Under the pieces are notes generated by a model, which had not been told where the DNA came from, made no database searches, and saw only the letters and a program-made list of their open reading frames with translations. A stretch of 64,000 bases of DNA from Thermoplasmata archaeon (lineage in GTDB: Archaea > Thermoplasmatota > E2 > JACPAO01 > JAHFTW01). The position numbers and the translations under genes are program-made. Positions 1-9,704 of the stretch are shown piece after piece. Position 1 is the first letter of the stretch, and every line of letters starts with the position of its first letter. Location: contig JAXDQS010000001.1 in NCBI GenBank assembly GCA_034667725.1, forward strand, positions 288,001 through 352,000. The letters run 5' to 3'.

Positions 1-699
1 GCGCCCGATACCCTGGGCGGCGGCCGCGACCGCCTTGCTGCGCTGCGACCTCGGGTCCTTGATGAAGTGCGCCTCGTCCACGACGATCGAGCGGAAGCCG
101 CGCGCCCGCACCGCGTCGAGGTGGGCGTGCAGCACCGCGAAGCTCACCACCACGAAGTCGGTGCCCGGCATCGGCGCCGGCCGGACGCCGCGCACCGCCG
201 CGATGGTGGCGGTGCTCTTGCCGGCGACCTCGGCCTCCCACACGCCGACGACGCCGGCCGGGCAGACCACCAAGGTCGGGCCTTCGCCGACGGCCCACGC
301 GATGGCCTGAAGGGTCTTGCCGAGGCCCGGCTCGTCCCCGAGGATGCCGCGCCGGGCACGCTGGAGGAACCGCACCGCCCGCGCCTGGTAAGGATAGAGC
401 GGCACCTTCAGGCCGGGAAACCCGAGCGTGCCGGGGTCTTGGTGCAGGAGGGTGGCGCGCTGCTCCTGCTCCGCCCGGTCGGCGCCGAAGAACACCCGGA
501 AACGCGCGTCCAGATAGGCGTCGTCCTTCTCGATGCCGCCGTAGCCCAAGAGGTCCTCGAAGTCCAGGACCCGGTGCAGCGGCACCTTGCACAAACGCCC
601 CTCGCGGTGGCCGCCCAGCGCGTGCAGCCGGCTGCCCAAGGTCGGCGACGCCGTCGCGTCGAACACCAAGGCGCTGCCGTCGATCCTGGGGCGCAGCAA
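1..699 (-). CDS. SNF2-family (DEAH) helicase/ATPase, N-terminal part, runs off the left edge
   Basis: Not in the ORF track. Manual minus-strand translation gives LYPYQARAVRFL...GILGDEPGLGKTLQAI...TLVVCPA...IVVDEAHFIK (Q motif, motifs I, Ia, II). TTG start at 699 is tentative. Confidence 0.85.
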   Translation of the reverse strand, partial: MLRPRIDGSALVFDATASPTLGSRLHALGGHREGRLCKVPLHRVLDFEDLLGYGGIEKDDAYLDARFRVFFGADRAEQEQRATLLHQDPGTLGFPGLKVPLYPYQARAVRFLQRARRGILGDEPGLGKTLQAIAWAVGEGPTLVVCPAGVVGVWEAEVAGKSTATIAAVRGVRPAPMPGTDFVVVSFAVLHAHLDAVRARGFRSIVVDEAHFIKDPRSQRSKAVAAAAQGIGR

Positions 700-762
700 G
701 CGAGGGGGACTCTGGAGGAGGGATGAAAAAGGTGGGGGAGGGAAGCGAAAGCGGGCCGGGGC

Positions 763-1932
763 TTAGGCCGGGCAGGAGCCGCCGAGCAGGAACGCCGCCG
801 TGACGCCGCACGCCGCCGCCACCGCCGTGGCCCCCGTGGCCACCGCCGCGCCGGCGATGCCCGCCACCTGGCCGCCGTAGGCCGAGGCGTCCGCCACGCG
901 CGCGGCCGCGAACGCCGTCGCGTACGCCGCCTCCGCCTCGACGAGCCCGACGACGGCCGCCGTCGCAGCACCGGCGAACGTCCCCGTCGCCGCCACGGCC
1001 GCGGCCGCGCCCGCCGCCGCGGCGTCGCAGGCGGCACCCGTGTAGTCGAGCGCCGCGCCGACGACGCCGCCAAGGCCGCGCGGGATGGGCGCCGGGCACA
1101 CGCCGGCCGGCGCGCCCTCCGCCACGCTGCCGTTGCAGGTCGGGTCGCCCGTGAGGAAGCTGCACGCCAACGAGGCCTGGCCGCCCGCCTGGGCGACCGC
1201 CGTGGCCTCCACCGCGCTGACGTAGGCGTTGAGCCACGGCACCGTGAAGTGGCAGCCGCGGGTGCAGGGCACCGCGTCCAGGACCGCCTGGGCCTGCGAG
1301 CCGGCGTAGGCTTCGGTCGCCGTCGCCGCGGCGCCCGCGAGGCCGGCCTCCGCGAAGGCGGCCTCGCAGCCAATGGCGGCCACCGACTCGACGAAGCGGA
1401 CCACGTCGCCGATGACGCCGTCCAGGCCGAGGTCGCTGTACTGGCACTCGGAGGGGCAGACCGGCGTTAGGACCGCCTGCTCCGTCCAGAGGTTGATGCA
1501 GGAGGTCTCCGGGTCCACCGACGAGCACAGGCTCCCCGGCGCCAGCACCAACGGATACACGATGGGCGTCACGCAGGCCAAGACGGGCGCCGAGGCGTCC
1601 GCGGGGCCCGGGGTCAGCGTGGCCCGGAAGCCGCCGCCGCAGGTCGCGGCGACCAGCCCCTCGGCGCGCTGGCCGTCGGCCTCGAGCACGAAGGCCGCGC
1701 CCACGACGGGGCAGTTGCAGCCGCACGGGCTCCCGAAGCAGGAGACCGAGGTCGGCTCCGACGTCGGATCAGCCGGGATGTCGAGGTCTTGGCAGACCTG
1801 GATGGGGTCGGGGTCCACGCAGTCCAGGTGGGGACAAGGGGGCTGGATGGCCGCCGCGGCCGGATGGGGCACGATGGCCAGCACGGAGGTCATGGCCAAG
1901 AGGCCGGTCAGAATCAGGGTCTGGGTTCGCAT
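763..1932 (-). CDS. Secreted Cys-rich, Ala-rich hypothetical protein
   Basis: Signal-peptide-like N-terminus MRTQTLILTGLLAMTSVLAIVPHPAAAA; many Cys; high GC3 codon pattern. Confidence 0.65.
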   Translation of the reverse strand: MRTQTLILTGLLAMTSVLAIVPHPAAAAIQPPCPHLDCVDPDPIQVCQDLDIPADPTSEPTSVSCFGSPCGCNCPVVGAAFVLEADGQRAEGLVAATCGGGFRATLTPGPADASAPVLACVTPIVYPLVLAPGSLCSSVDPETSCINLWTEQAVLTPVCPSECQYSDLGLDGVIGDVVRFVESVAAIGCEAAFAEAGLAGAAATATEAYAGSQAQAVLDAVPCTRGCHFTVPWLNAYVSAVEATAVAQAGGQASLACSFLTGDPTCNGSVAEGAPAGVCPAPIPRGLGGVVGAALDYTGAACDAAAAGAAAAVAATGTFAGAATAAVVGLVEAEAAYATAFAAARVADASAYGGQVAGIAGAAVATGATAVAAACGVTAAFLLGGSCPA

Positions 1933-2154
1933 GGAAGCACGCACCGTCCACGAAGGACGGCGGCCGATGCAAGGGGGGTGTTATGACCGTTGCCGCGAAC
2001 CACGCCGGAAAAGCCCGCCATTGCCCCACGGTTCGCAAGGGGAAGCCGCCACTTGGGCCACAACGGTTCAGAAGGGGCCGCCATCCGTCGCGGTCATCCC
2101 GTGGACGCCATGGACGGGCTTATGCCAGGCAAGAGATTGACCGCCGAGGACACC

Positions 2155-3081
2155 ATGGCCGCGACGATCGTCCCCCACCTCTGGTTCGACAAGGAAGCCC
2201 GCGAAGCCGCCGCCTTCTACGCCTCCGTGTTCCCCGACTCCGCCGTTGACCACGTCACCACGCTGCGCAACACTCCCTCCGGCGACTGCGACGTCGTGAG
2301 CTTCCACCTCGCCGGCCAGCCCTTCATGGCCATCAGCGCCGGGCCGCTGTTCAAGTTCAACCCCTCCATCAGCTTCATCCTCAACTTCGACCCGTCCCGC
2401 GACCCCGACGCCCGCAAGCACCTCGACGCCACCTGGAAGAAGCTCGCCGCCGGCGGCACCCCGCTCATGCCGCTCCAAGAATACCCCTTCAGCAAACGGT
2501 ACGGCTGGATCCAGGACCGCTACGGCCTCACCTGGCAGCTCACCCTCACCAACCCCAACGGCGACCCGCGCCCCTTCCTCATGCCCTCCCTCATGTTCAC
2601 CGGCAACAACGCCGGCCGCGCCGACGAGGCCATCGAACACTACCTCCGCGCCTTCCCCGGATCCAAGCGCGGCAACACCACCCGCTACCCCAAAGGCATG
2701 GCGCCCGACAAGGAAGGGACCCTCATGTTCGCCGACTTCACGCTGCAAGGCCAATGGCTCGCCGTCATGGACAGCGCCCACCCGCACGGCTTCACGTTCA
2801 ACGAAGCCGTCTCGCTCCTGGTCAAATGCAAGGACCAGAAAGAGATCGACGCCTTTTGGTCGAAGCTGTCCGCCGTGCCCGAAGCCGAACAATGCGGCTG
2901 GCTCAAGGACAAGTTCGGCGTCGTCTGGCAGATCGCCCCCCAGGAGATGGACGCCATGCTGCAAAACGGCACGCCGGAGCAGGTCGACCGCGTGACCCAG
3001 GCGTTCCTGCCCATGAAGAAATTCGACGTGGAAGCCCTGCGCCGCGCCTACGAAGGCGGGGTTGCGAAGACGGTTCGATGA
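2155..3081 (+). CDS. VOC family protein with two PhnB/3-demethylubiquinone-9 3-methyltransferase-like domains
   Basis: IVPHLWFDKEAREAAAFY, YGWIQDRYGLTWQ, CGWLKDKFGVVWQI, MKKFD motifs; ATG at 2155. Confidence 0.9.
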   Translation: MAATIVPHLWFDKEAREAAAFYASVFPDSAVDHVTTLRNTPSGDCDVVSFHLAGQPFMAISAGPLFKFNPSISFILNFDPSRDPDARKHLDATWKKLAAGGTPLMPLQEYPFSKRYGWIQDRYGLTWQLTLTNPNGDPRPFLMPSLMFTGNNAGRADEAIEHYLRAFPGSKRGNTTRYPKGMAPDKEGTLMFADFTLQGQWLAVMDSAHPHGFTFNEAVSLLVKCKDQKEIDAFWSKLSAVPEAEQCGWLKDKFGVVWQIAPQEMDAMLQNGTPEQVDRVTQAFLPMKKFDVEALRRAYEGGVAKTVR

Positions 3082-3242
3082 GGGCGGCCGCACGTACGCG
3101 CGGCCGGTGGGGGGTGGGCCAGGCCCGAGGCGGTTCCGGCCTCGCGCAGCCAGGCGCGCGCGTTGCGACCGAATTCGAATCGGGCGGGCCGTGCTCGGCG
3201 GCCGCCGCGGCGGCCTCGCCGACGCCCGGCGGACTGCTCAAA

Positions 3243-3262
3243 AAGTGGGCCTGACTGGATTC
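3243..3262 (-). repeat. Partial copy of tRNA-Val 3' end (att-like direct repeat)
   Basis: aagtgggcctgactggattc (3243-3262) vs aagtgggcctgaccagattc (9547-9566): 18/20 identical, first 13 exact. Confidence 0.8.
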
Positions 3263-3539
3263 TATCACGTAGCACCTGAACACTGCGGTTCCCAGGCCAT
3301 GGGTTCTTGTCCCGCCAGGGCTACTTGACCTTGAAGCGGCGGGCACTGTCGAGAGAGCAGGTAGAGAACCGTTCTGATGCCTGACGGAACTGCGTTCGAG
3401 AGCAGCTTATTCGGGAATAGCCACTGGTTTACGACCAACACGATTACAAATCGGCTTCCATTTGGCTGGAGCAAGGCCCCGCTCTGTTTTTCTCCATCGA
3501 TATCTGTGCTATTGGATTGACGTGTCGTCGGACGAGGAT

Positions 3540-6077
3540 TCACCGCTTGCTGGCCACACGCCTATCGGGCACATTTTCAAAAATCATCTGCGCGTCCGTC
3601 GACGTGATTACCGTGTCGTAGAGGCCGATGTCCTCGTCCGCATGCTTGTTGATTCCGGTGTAGCTCAGGCTGGCGTCCTCGTAGCGCTTGAATTTGTACA
3701 CGGCATCATTCATCAGAGCGCTGTTAAAGACCCCAAGGCTGACTAGCAACTCGAAGTCCTTCACAGAGAGGCCGGTAACCTTCTTGAAGAGGCCTGGTTC
3801 GAGTTGCGTGATCACGTCTTTCAGGGATCGCTCTCGGTAGTCGGTCAGGTACATGAAAATCGGGATTCGCGTGGCGAATTTGATGAGCTTCTCCTGAATT
3901 TGACGACGCAGGCTCGTGTATTCCTTTTCCGCATCAGCGAGTTCCTTCTTTTTTGCGATGGGGAGCTCTTGGTCGTTCGCCTCCTTGCGGGCTTTCTTGA
4001 CGGCCCCGGACTTGTTAATGATGGTCTCGATGTCCTGGTTAAGGCTTCGGAAGCCCTCAATGTTCATCAGAGCGGCCATTGCTTTTTGGTCGTCTATCAG
4101 TCGACGCAGCGTGTTATTGTCGACGTTTACAAGCAATGCACTCTCCCAGCGTCGAGCCAGTAGCGTAGCTGTTGTGCCACTCATGGCCATGTCAAGGATG
4201 CCAGCGGCGTCAATCTGCTTCATCGAACTGCCGTCGAACGCAAGGACCGGTAGGAAATTGATGAATTCTTGGACCTTCTTTTCGGGGTTCGTCTCATAGA
4301 TGTTCAATCGGCAGCTGTAGTCCGCGATTTGCCGCAGCGCGCGATCTGGGGCGAAATCGAAGACATAGCACTCTTCCTTGATGACCTGTTCCTGGTTGGG
4401 CGACTCGCCGTCAGGGTTTCGCACCGTCCAAGGCGACTGTACTCTGAAGGCCGCCTGGAAGTACGTCTCCGGACTGGAACAGCTGCGGAGCATGAAAATG
4501 CCTGTCCATGGCTTAACGGTCACCCCAGTGGTAAGTTTTCCGCACGACAAAGTAATCGTTCGCGTCTTTAGGGGGTCGTCCATGGACTCAAGGACGGGGC
4601 CCAAGGCGTCCACCCCAATCCCCGCGGAGTTTCCAGCCGCCACAATGACCTTATAGTAATGGTAAGCTTTGTTCTGCCTCTTGGCCAGAAGGTTACGCAT
4701 TGCGTGGCAGGATGCGACGCTAGGCAGGAACCAAAACGTGTGCGTCAGCACGTTCAACAAACGAGTATCCGAGAATGGCAGCGGGGGCTTCTGTGCTCCA
4801 AGCTTCAGGTCGTCCATGTTGCTTGGGAGAAACGCCCCGCGAATGAGATCGAGCCACTTCTGCACTTCATTCTCGTACTTAAAATGCGCCTGATTTCCGA
4901 TTTTTTCGGCTGAAAAGAAGACGTTCAAGTCGAACTCGTTAAATTCTCCTTGGTGAGCAACTTCGCGAATAGCGTCGGGCAGCTGGTAGGTCAGGAGCAC
5001 CATGCGGGGCAATGAGGTGTACGGGTTGGACGCTTTCTTCCATTCCCTCTTTGCGCGTTGTTCGTCGGAGTAAGTCCAGTTGTAAATCTGTTCCTCGATG
5101 AATTCTCCCGACGCAATCGCTCTGAACGGGGTTCCGGACAGGTACAGGTAGGCACCAGTCGTGATGGGTAGAACTTCTTCGTCGAAGTCACGAATCCCCT
5201 GACCTTCGCCAAAGTCAATTTCTTTCTTGTCTTCTGCGTCAAACAGTTCACGCGCGTTCTCGCGCCATGCCCCGTAATGGTACTCGTCTAGGATGACGCA
5301 ATCCCATTTGGTCTCGTGAACCCACTCGTTCTTTGTCTTGATTCCCCCCGTGCTGGGGTTGCGTCCAAGGTAGTCTTGGAAGGAACCGAAACATACGATA
5401 GGTTTCATCTTGTCTGCTTCTTCGTAGGAGACTCCGCCTGGCGAGATGAACTGCCAGTCCCGGAAATCGACGTGCGACCTCAAATCCTCCTCCCAAGCAG
5501 CCTCCACGGCGGGCTTGAATGTGAGTACAAGGACACGCCGCCAATCCATGCGCTTGGCGAGTTGGTAGGACGCGAATGTCTTGCCGAAGCGCATCTTGGC
5601 ATTCCAGAGGAAGTGCGGTGGCCGGCCTTGTTTTTCTTTGTCTTTCTTCCAACTCGTGAAGTACGCTGCCGTTTTCTGAACAGCTTCCTCCTGTTCGGGG
5701 CGGAGCTTGAAGTCGAGGGAACGATTTTCCTCGTTGAGCCGGCCAGTCCGTAAGGCAATGATTGCGGCTTTGACTTGAACGACCGTGCAATGAAACCATT
5801 CGCCCTTCGGATTCTTGATGCCCTTGATGCGGAGCATCCTGTGAACGTCACGGTCGGTGAATGCGGATCCGTCGTTGCGCATGGCAGACTCTTCGAGCAG
5901 AATCTTGTAGGGAAGTTTCCCTGGCTTCAGGATAGGGTACTGCTGGCCAACCCGCGCTTGCGCGCTTACGGTCGTGTATCCAACCTTCAGGAGGCCAGCA
6001 TACTGAGGATTGGTATCTTCATACGCGTAGATGGTCGGCCTCGAGGCCGGCCGGGGCGGAAAGAAGTCCGCACTCAT
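3540..6077 (-). CDS. Restriction endonuclease subunit: N-terminal GIY-YIG (T5orf172-like) nuclease fused to SF2 DExH helicase
   Basis: TIYAY...LLKVGYT...GEWF nuclease motifs; LWNAKMRFGKT (Walker A), ILDEYHY (motif II), YFQAAFRVQSP (motif VI). Confidence 0.85.
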   Translation of the reverse strand: MSADFFPPRPASRPTIYAYEDTNPQYAGLLKVGYTTVSAQARVGQQYPILKPGKLPYKILLEESAMRNDGSAFTDRDVHRMLRIKGIKNPKGEWFHCTVVQVKAAIIALRTGRLNEENRSLDFKLRPEQEEAVQKTAAYFTSWKKDKEKQGRPPHFLWNAKMRFGKTFASYQLAKRMDWRRVLVLTFKPAVEAAWEEDLRSHVDFRDWQFISPGGVSYEEADKMKPIVCFGSFQDYLGRNPSTGGIKTKNEWVHETKWDCVILDEYHYGAWRENARELFDAEDKKEIDFGEGQGIRDFDEEVLPITTGAYLYLSGTPFRAIASGEFIEEQIYNWTYSDEQRAKREWKKASNPYTSLPRMVLLTYQLPDAIREVAHQGEFNEFDLNVFFSAEKIGNQAHFKYENEVQKWLDLIRGAFLPSNMDDLKLGAQKPPLPFSDTRLLNVLTHTFWFLPSVASCHAMRNLLAKRQNKAYHYYKVIVAAGNSAGIGVDALGPVLESMDDPLKTRTITLSCGKLTTGVTVKPWTGIFMLRSCSSPETYFQAAFRVQSPWTVRNPDGESPNQEQVIKEECYVFDFAPDRALRQIADYSCRLNIYETNPEKKVQEFINFLPVLAFDGSSMKQIDAAGILDMAMSGTTATLLARRWESALLVNVDNNTLRRLIDDQKAMAALMNIEGFRSLNQDIETIINKSGAVKKARKEANDQELPIAKKKELADAEKEYTSLRRQIQEKLIKFATRIPIFMYLTDYRERSLKDVITQLEPGLFKKVTGLSVKDFELLVSLGVFNSALMNDAVYKFKRYEDASLSYTGINKHADEDIGLYDTVITSTDAQMIFENVPDRRVASKR

Positions 6078-7615
6078 TCCTCGCCGCCGGTTGCGTTGTT
6101 TGCATCCATCGGACTGACGACCGATTCAATGAAGGCTGATTCCTCCTTTGTCAGGCCGTAGCGGTGGTAGAGGCCGTCGTCGGTCCATACGCGGTCGAGC
6201 GGAATGTCTGGCACGAAAGCGTAGACGTCCTTGGACGCATGCTGCGCCGCCTTTCGCAAGGAAACCAGGAATCGGACGAACCGCGTCCGCAGGTAGGCGG
6301 CATAGATCTCAGTCTCGCTTTTAGAGCTGAATCGGCCGGCCACGACGTACGTTTCGGTGCACGCTTCGCCTGGGCCGGCGACGATTGGATTGCTAAGGAA
6401 TTTTGTCTCAATCGCAGAACTCGTTCCTTGGACCGCCGTCATGAGTACTTTCCAGGCCAGGACCCATTCTTTGTTTTTCTCGACCTGCGAGTGGTCCACC
6501 CACGAGATGCGCTGCGAACCGTAAAGTTTAACGGGCTCGTCCAACCCCGCCGGGGAGTCTGCCCCGTGGAAGTTCGTCCGGAAGCCAAATGGCTTCTGGC
6601 TTGAGACCCGGCCATCCAGTGTTGGCTCAGGTTTTCCCTGCACGCGGAATGCACGAACCTTGTCAAGAATCGAAACAGCCTCATTTCTGCGAACCAAGAC
6701 ATCGTAGGAGTCCAGGCGGCGCTTCATGGGCGGTCCTAGAGGCTTACCATCCCACATCGTCTGAACGGTGCAAGGGCCCTCGTAATCACGGTCCCAGAAG
6801 AAGTAGGAAACACCTCCGCGAATCTTGACGCCAGGGAAACCGTCGTACAACTTGGGGTAGTCGACAAGATTGCGAAGACGGGATTCCTTCAGCATCCGCT
6901 CGCGGAACTCGTCCAAGCCCTTGCCCCCGGTGAACCAGCGCGAGGGCGTGATCATGACAATGTAGCGGGGGTTCAGGTTGATGGCGCTCTCAACGAATTT
7001 TTGGTAGATCGGTGCAGCGCTTGCACCATGGCCCCCGTCACTGATTTGGTATGGCGGGTTGCCAATCACAACATCGAACTTCATGGGAAAAATGTCCTCC
7101 GGGGCGTCTGTGTGAATGAATTCATAGGCGTAAGTCTCCAACTCAGGCCCACGCGCGAAATCTTCCTTCGTCGCGGGGCAGTAGATGCACGAGCCATCCT
7201 TCCAGGCATGCTCGATGCGTTCGAACCGGATGTTGCCATTTGCATCGGTGAACTGGTCGCAAGCCGAGTACTTTCCGTTGGCGGCCTTCGAGCAGTACAG
7301 GGATCGCCGTGACAGCTGCGCCGTCAGGTCCGTAGTGGCAATGCCAAAAAGCTGCTCCGTGAAGATGTGGTTCAGCCGCTCCTGACGGTTCATGATTTGG
7401 GACTCCAGTCCCTGGTCCAATCGCTTGGCAATTTCGCGGAGGAACACGCCTGACTTGCAGCCTGGGTCAAGGAAAGAGGCCTTCTCGTCGCTCCACAGCT
7501 GCTTCGGCAGCAAGTCGAGCATGTGATTCGCCACGGACGGTGGCGTGAAGACTTCGTCACTGCTCAGATTTGCGAGACAGGTAAGAACATCAGGATTGTA
7601 CTCATCACTTGTCAA
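6074..7615 (-). CDS. Adenine DNA methyltransferase (Eco57I-like) with target recognition domain
   Basis: EVFTP, FLDPGCKSGVF (motif I), FDVVIGNPPY (motif IV), ITPSRW; overlaps both neighbours. Confidence 0.9.
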   Translation of the reverse strand: MTSDEYNPDVLTCLANLSSDEVFTPPSVANHMLDLLPKQLWSDEKASFLDPGCKSGVFLREIAKRLDQGLESQIMNRQERLNHIFTEQLFGIATTDLTAQLSRRSLYCSKAANGKYSACDQFTDANGNIRFERIEHAWKDGSCIYCPATKEDFARGPELETYAYEFIHTDAPEDIFPMKFDVVIGNPPYQISDGGHGASAAPIYQKFVESAINLNPRYIVMITPSRWFTGGKGLDEFRERMLKESRLRNLVDYPKLYDGFPGVKIRGGVSYFFWDRDYEGPCTVQTMWDGKPLGPPMKRRLDSYDVLVRRNEAVSILDKVRAFRVQGKPEPTLDGRVSSQKPFGFRTNFHGADSPAGLDEPVKLYGSQRISWVDHSQVEKNKEWVLAWKVLMTAVQGTSSAIETKFLSNPIVAGPGEACTETYVVAGRFSSKSETEIYAAYLRTRFVRFLVSLRKAAQHASKDVYAFVPDIPLDRVWTDDGLYHRYGLTKEESAFIESVVSPMDANNATGGEE

Positions 7616-8258
7616 GCGTTGCCACCTGCAGGAAGTGCTTCACCGGGAATTCTTTGAGCGGGGTAGGAATGAAAACGCGCTGGCCGAAGTCAGAGAGGAG
7701 GGGCTGTTCCTTCTGTGAGGTGCATGCCAGCAGCCCACCGAACGTATAGTCGCGGCGTTTCAGCATGCTACCATTCACGGGGGACCACTCGGAAAACACA
7801 ATGGGTTTCGGTTGAGGCTCTACCGTCATGAGGGTGAGTGCATCACCTTGGATGATGTTGCTGCTCAGGAGATATCGAACGGTTTCTCGAACAGTGTCCC
7901 GCGCGGCGCGCTGGAACAGCCGCGAGTACTCTCGGTTGAAGGTGTGGAACAACAAGCTCCGGCATTCCAGGACACTGTCTTCCAGGATGTCGATGCCGTA
8001 CATGCTTGATACAGCAAGCACGGCGTATCGTTCGTAGTCAAGTTGGCTGCCGCGGTAGCGGCTTTCGACAATGCGCAGCTTGCGCTCAAGGATTTCAGTA
8101 AGAAAATTTCCGGTACCACACGCCGGTTCGAGGAACCGCGATTCGATTCGCTCGGTTTCTTGAGAGACCAAGTCCAGCATCGCGTGAACCTCACGCTTAC
8201 TGGTAAGGACTTCGCCATGATCCACAACGCGCTGCTTTGATACAATCTGCTTGTCCAT
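7605..8258 (-). CDS. Short N6-MTase-like protein (SAM-binding part only)
   Basis: HGEVLT, FLEPACGTGNF, YGIDI, NIIQGDAL; no NPPY/DPPY. Confidence 0.8.
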   Translation of the reverse strand: MDKQIVSKQRVVDHGEVLTSKREVHAMLDLVSQETERIESRFLEPACGTGNFLTEILERKLRIVESRYRGSQLDYERYAVLAVSSMYGIDILEDSVLECRSLLFHTFNREYSRLFQRAARDTVRETVRYLLSSNIIQGDALTLMTVEPQPKPIVFSEWSPVNGSMLKRRDYTFGGLLACTSQKEQPLLSDFGQRVFIPTPLKEFPVKHFLQVATLDK

Positions 8259-8261
8259 CGG

Positions 8262-9173
8262 CTACTCCGGTGGCGCTAGGAAGTGGACTGGCTTCAAAGG
8301 CATGCGGCGACGAGTTTCGTTATCCAGCTTGGTGTAGTATTCAACCCAAAGAGCGAAGAGGCGCCGCATGTCGATGAGCGTAATCTGGTGCTGCGCCTCC
8401 CGACGGACGAAGTCCTCAGCATCCTTGCTGAAGCCGCCCGTGCAAACGAAGATGCCTACGTCGCGGTCCTTTAGGATTCCGTGGAAGGAGCGGACTTCCG
8501 TGGCACCGACACCGCTTTCCTGTCGCTTGGCCTGCACCTTGATGCGAGGGTCCTTGGTCCCGAGTGGGTCGTTGAAGGCGACGATGTCAGCGCCGCCATC
8601 CTTGCCCGGCGGTGCAATCCATCCAACGAAGTAGCCCATGCCCTCGATGAGGCCGGCCACCATCTTCTGGAAATCGAATGGCGGCATCTTCTCGAGGAAC
8701 GTGGCAACCTCACTCCACGAATCGTCGGACGCCCGTTCGAACGTAACAGTTAAGTTCCGAGAGCTTTGTTCGACCGCTTCTTCGGTCAATTGCGTTTCAG
8801 GGGCAGCGGCGGCTTGCAAGGGTTCCGGCTGGGCGTTGCTCCAAGCTTGGTAAAGCCGTTTGGCTTCCCGGTAGAAGTTGCTGTAATGGGGGAATTGCTT
8901 CAGTGCATCAACACCGGCCGGGGTCACCGACCAAATGCCCTTATCTTTAATCATCCAGCCCGCCTTTGTTGCGTCAACCGTGGCAAAGCGTACAATCTGG
9001 TCGAACCTGCGCGGGCCACTGTCGTAGTTGCCGGCTTCGTATTCGTTAAGTTTGACGGTTTTGGCCAACTCCGAAAGGGCTTGCTTAGCGGGAATTCCCG
9101 TGGGGTGAGACTGCAATATCCCGAACAGCTTTCGCAGGAATTCGCCGGTGCGTTCATTGTTGACGTTCGACAT
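8262..9173 (-). CDS. mrr: Mrr-family type IV restriction endonuclease
   Basis: N-terminal Mrr_N-like region (RFDQIVRFAT...KAGW...GIWSVT) and catalytic GKDGGADIVA...IKVQAKR. Confidence 0.85.
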   Translation of the reverse strand: MSNVNNERTGEFLRKLFGILQSHPTGIPAKQALSELAKTVKLNEYEAGNYDSGPRRFDQIVRFATVDATKAGWMIKDKGIWSVTPAGVDALKQFPHYSNFYREAKRLYQAWSNAQPEPLQAAAAPETQLTEEAVEQSSRNLTVTFERASDDSWSEVATFLEKMPPFDFQKMVAGLIEGMGYFVGWIAPPGKDGGADIVAFNDPLGTKDPRIKVQAKRQESGVGATEVRSFHGILKDRDVGIFVCTGGFSKDAEDFVRREAQHQITLIDMRRLFALWVEYYTKLDNETRRRMPLKPVHFLAPPE

Positions 9174-9549
9174 GATTCAGCCCCCACCCCGGGCACAGAA
9201 TCCTGTAGTCGCAGAACCGGCACCCGAAGTTGTCTGGCGTCTCTGGGGACGCACCCTCGCGGAGGTCTTCAACCGTCCGCCTCAGCCTTTTCTGACGGCC
9301 ACTCCGACCCCCCGTCAGTGAACTGCCCCAAGGGGGGACGCGCAGGATGGTCCCAAGCAGTGCGTCGCACATAACAGTACAAGCTGCCGGCTTTCACCTT
9401 GCGTTCTTGCCCTTCTTTTTAAGGCCAGACGTAAAGAGGGAATCTGGAAGCTGTAAGCCGAGAGCCTTCGCCAAGCTGGGCCACGAAGAACCCTGAACCG
9501 TCAAGGGCCGGCAAACCCGGACGGCGCATTTCCCTCCTGTTGTTGTAAG

Positions 9550-9623
9550 TGGGCCTGACCAGATTCGAACTGGTGATCTCATCCGTGTGAAGGATACGTC
9601 ATAACCGACTAGACCACAGGCCC
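9550..9623 (-). tRNA. tRNA-Val (CAC)
   Basis: Reverse complement GGGCCTGTGGTCTAGTCGGTTATGACGTATCCTTCACACGGATGAGATCACCAGTTCGAATCTGGTCAGGCCCA folds into a cloverleaf; anticodon loop TT-CAC-AC, T-loop TTCGAAT; CCA not encoded. Confidence 0.95.
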
Positions 9624-9704
9624 GGTTGTCGGCGCCCCGGGGGGGCGACGGCGCTGCGACCCTAGGGTCGGTTATGAGGGTTGCTCACCCCTTCACGCCT
9701 CGCG

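Larger units (their letters stand above)
3243..9566. mobile_element. tRNA-Val-integrated defence islet (no integrase visible)
   Basis: Bounded by direct repeats of the tRNA 3' end, visibly lower GC than the flanks, contains only restriction-modification genes. Confidence 0.75.

Noticed and set aside
35-726. Plus-strand ORFs 35..310 and 67..726
   Set aside because: Antisense to the SNF2 helicase frame, which carries clear motifs.
3243-3262. Second tRNA gene
   Set aside because: Only about 20 nt match the 3' end and no cloverleaf forms; treated as an att repeat.
9154-9582. Split (SSV-type) integrase fragments next to the tRNA (ORFs 9394..9582 and 9154..9372)
   Set aside because: No recognisable tyrosine-recombinase motifs by eye; would need tBLASTn/HMM support.
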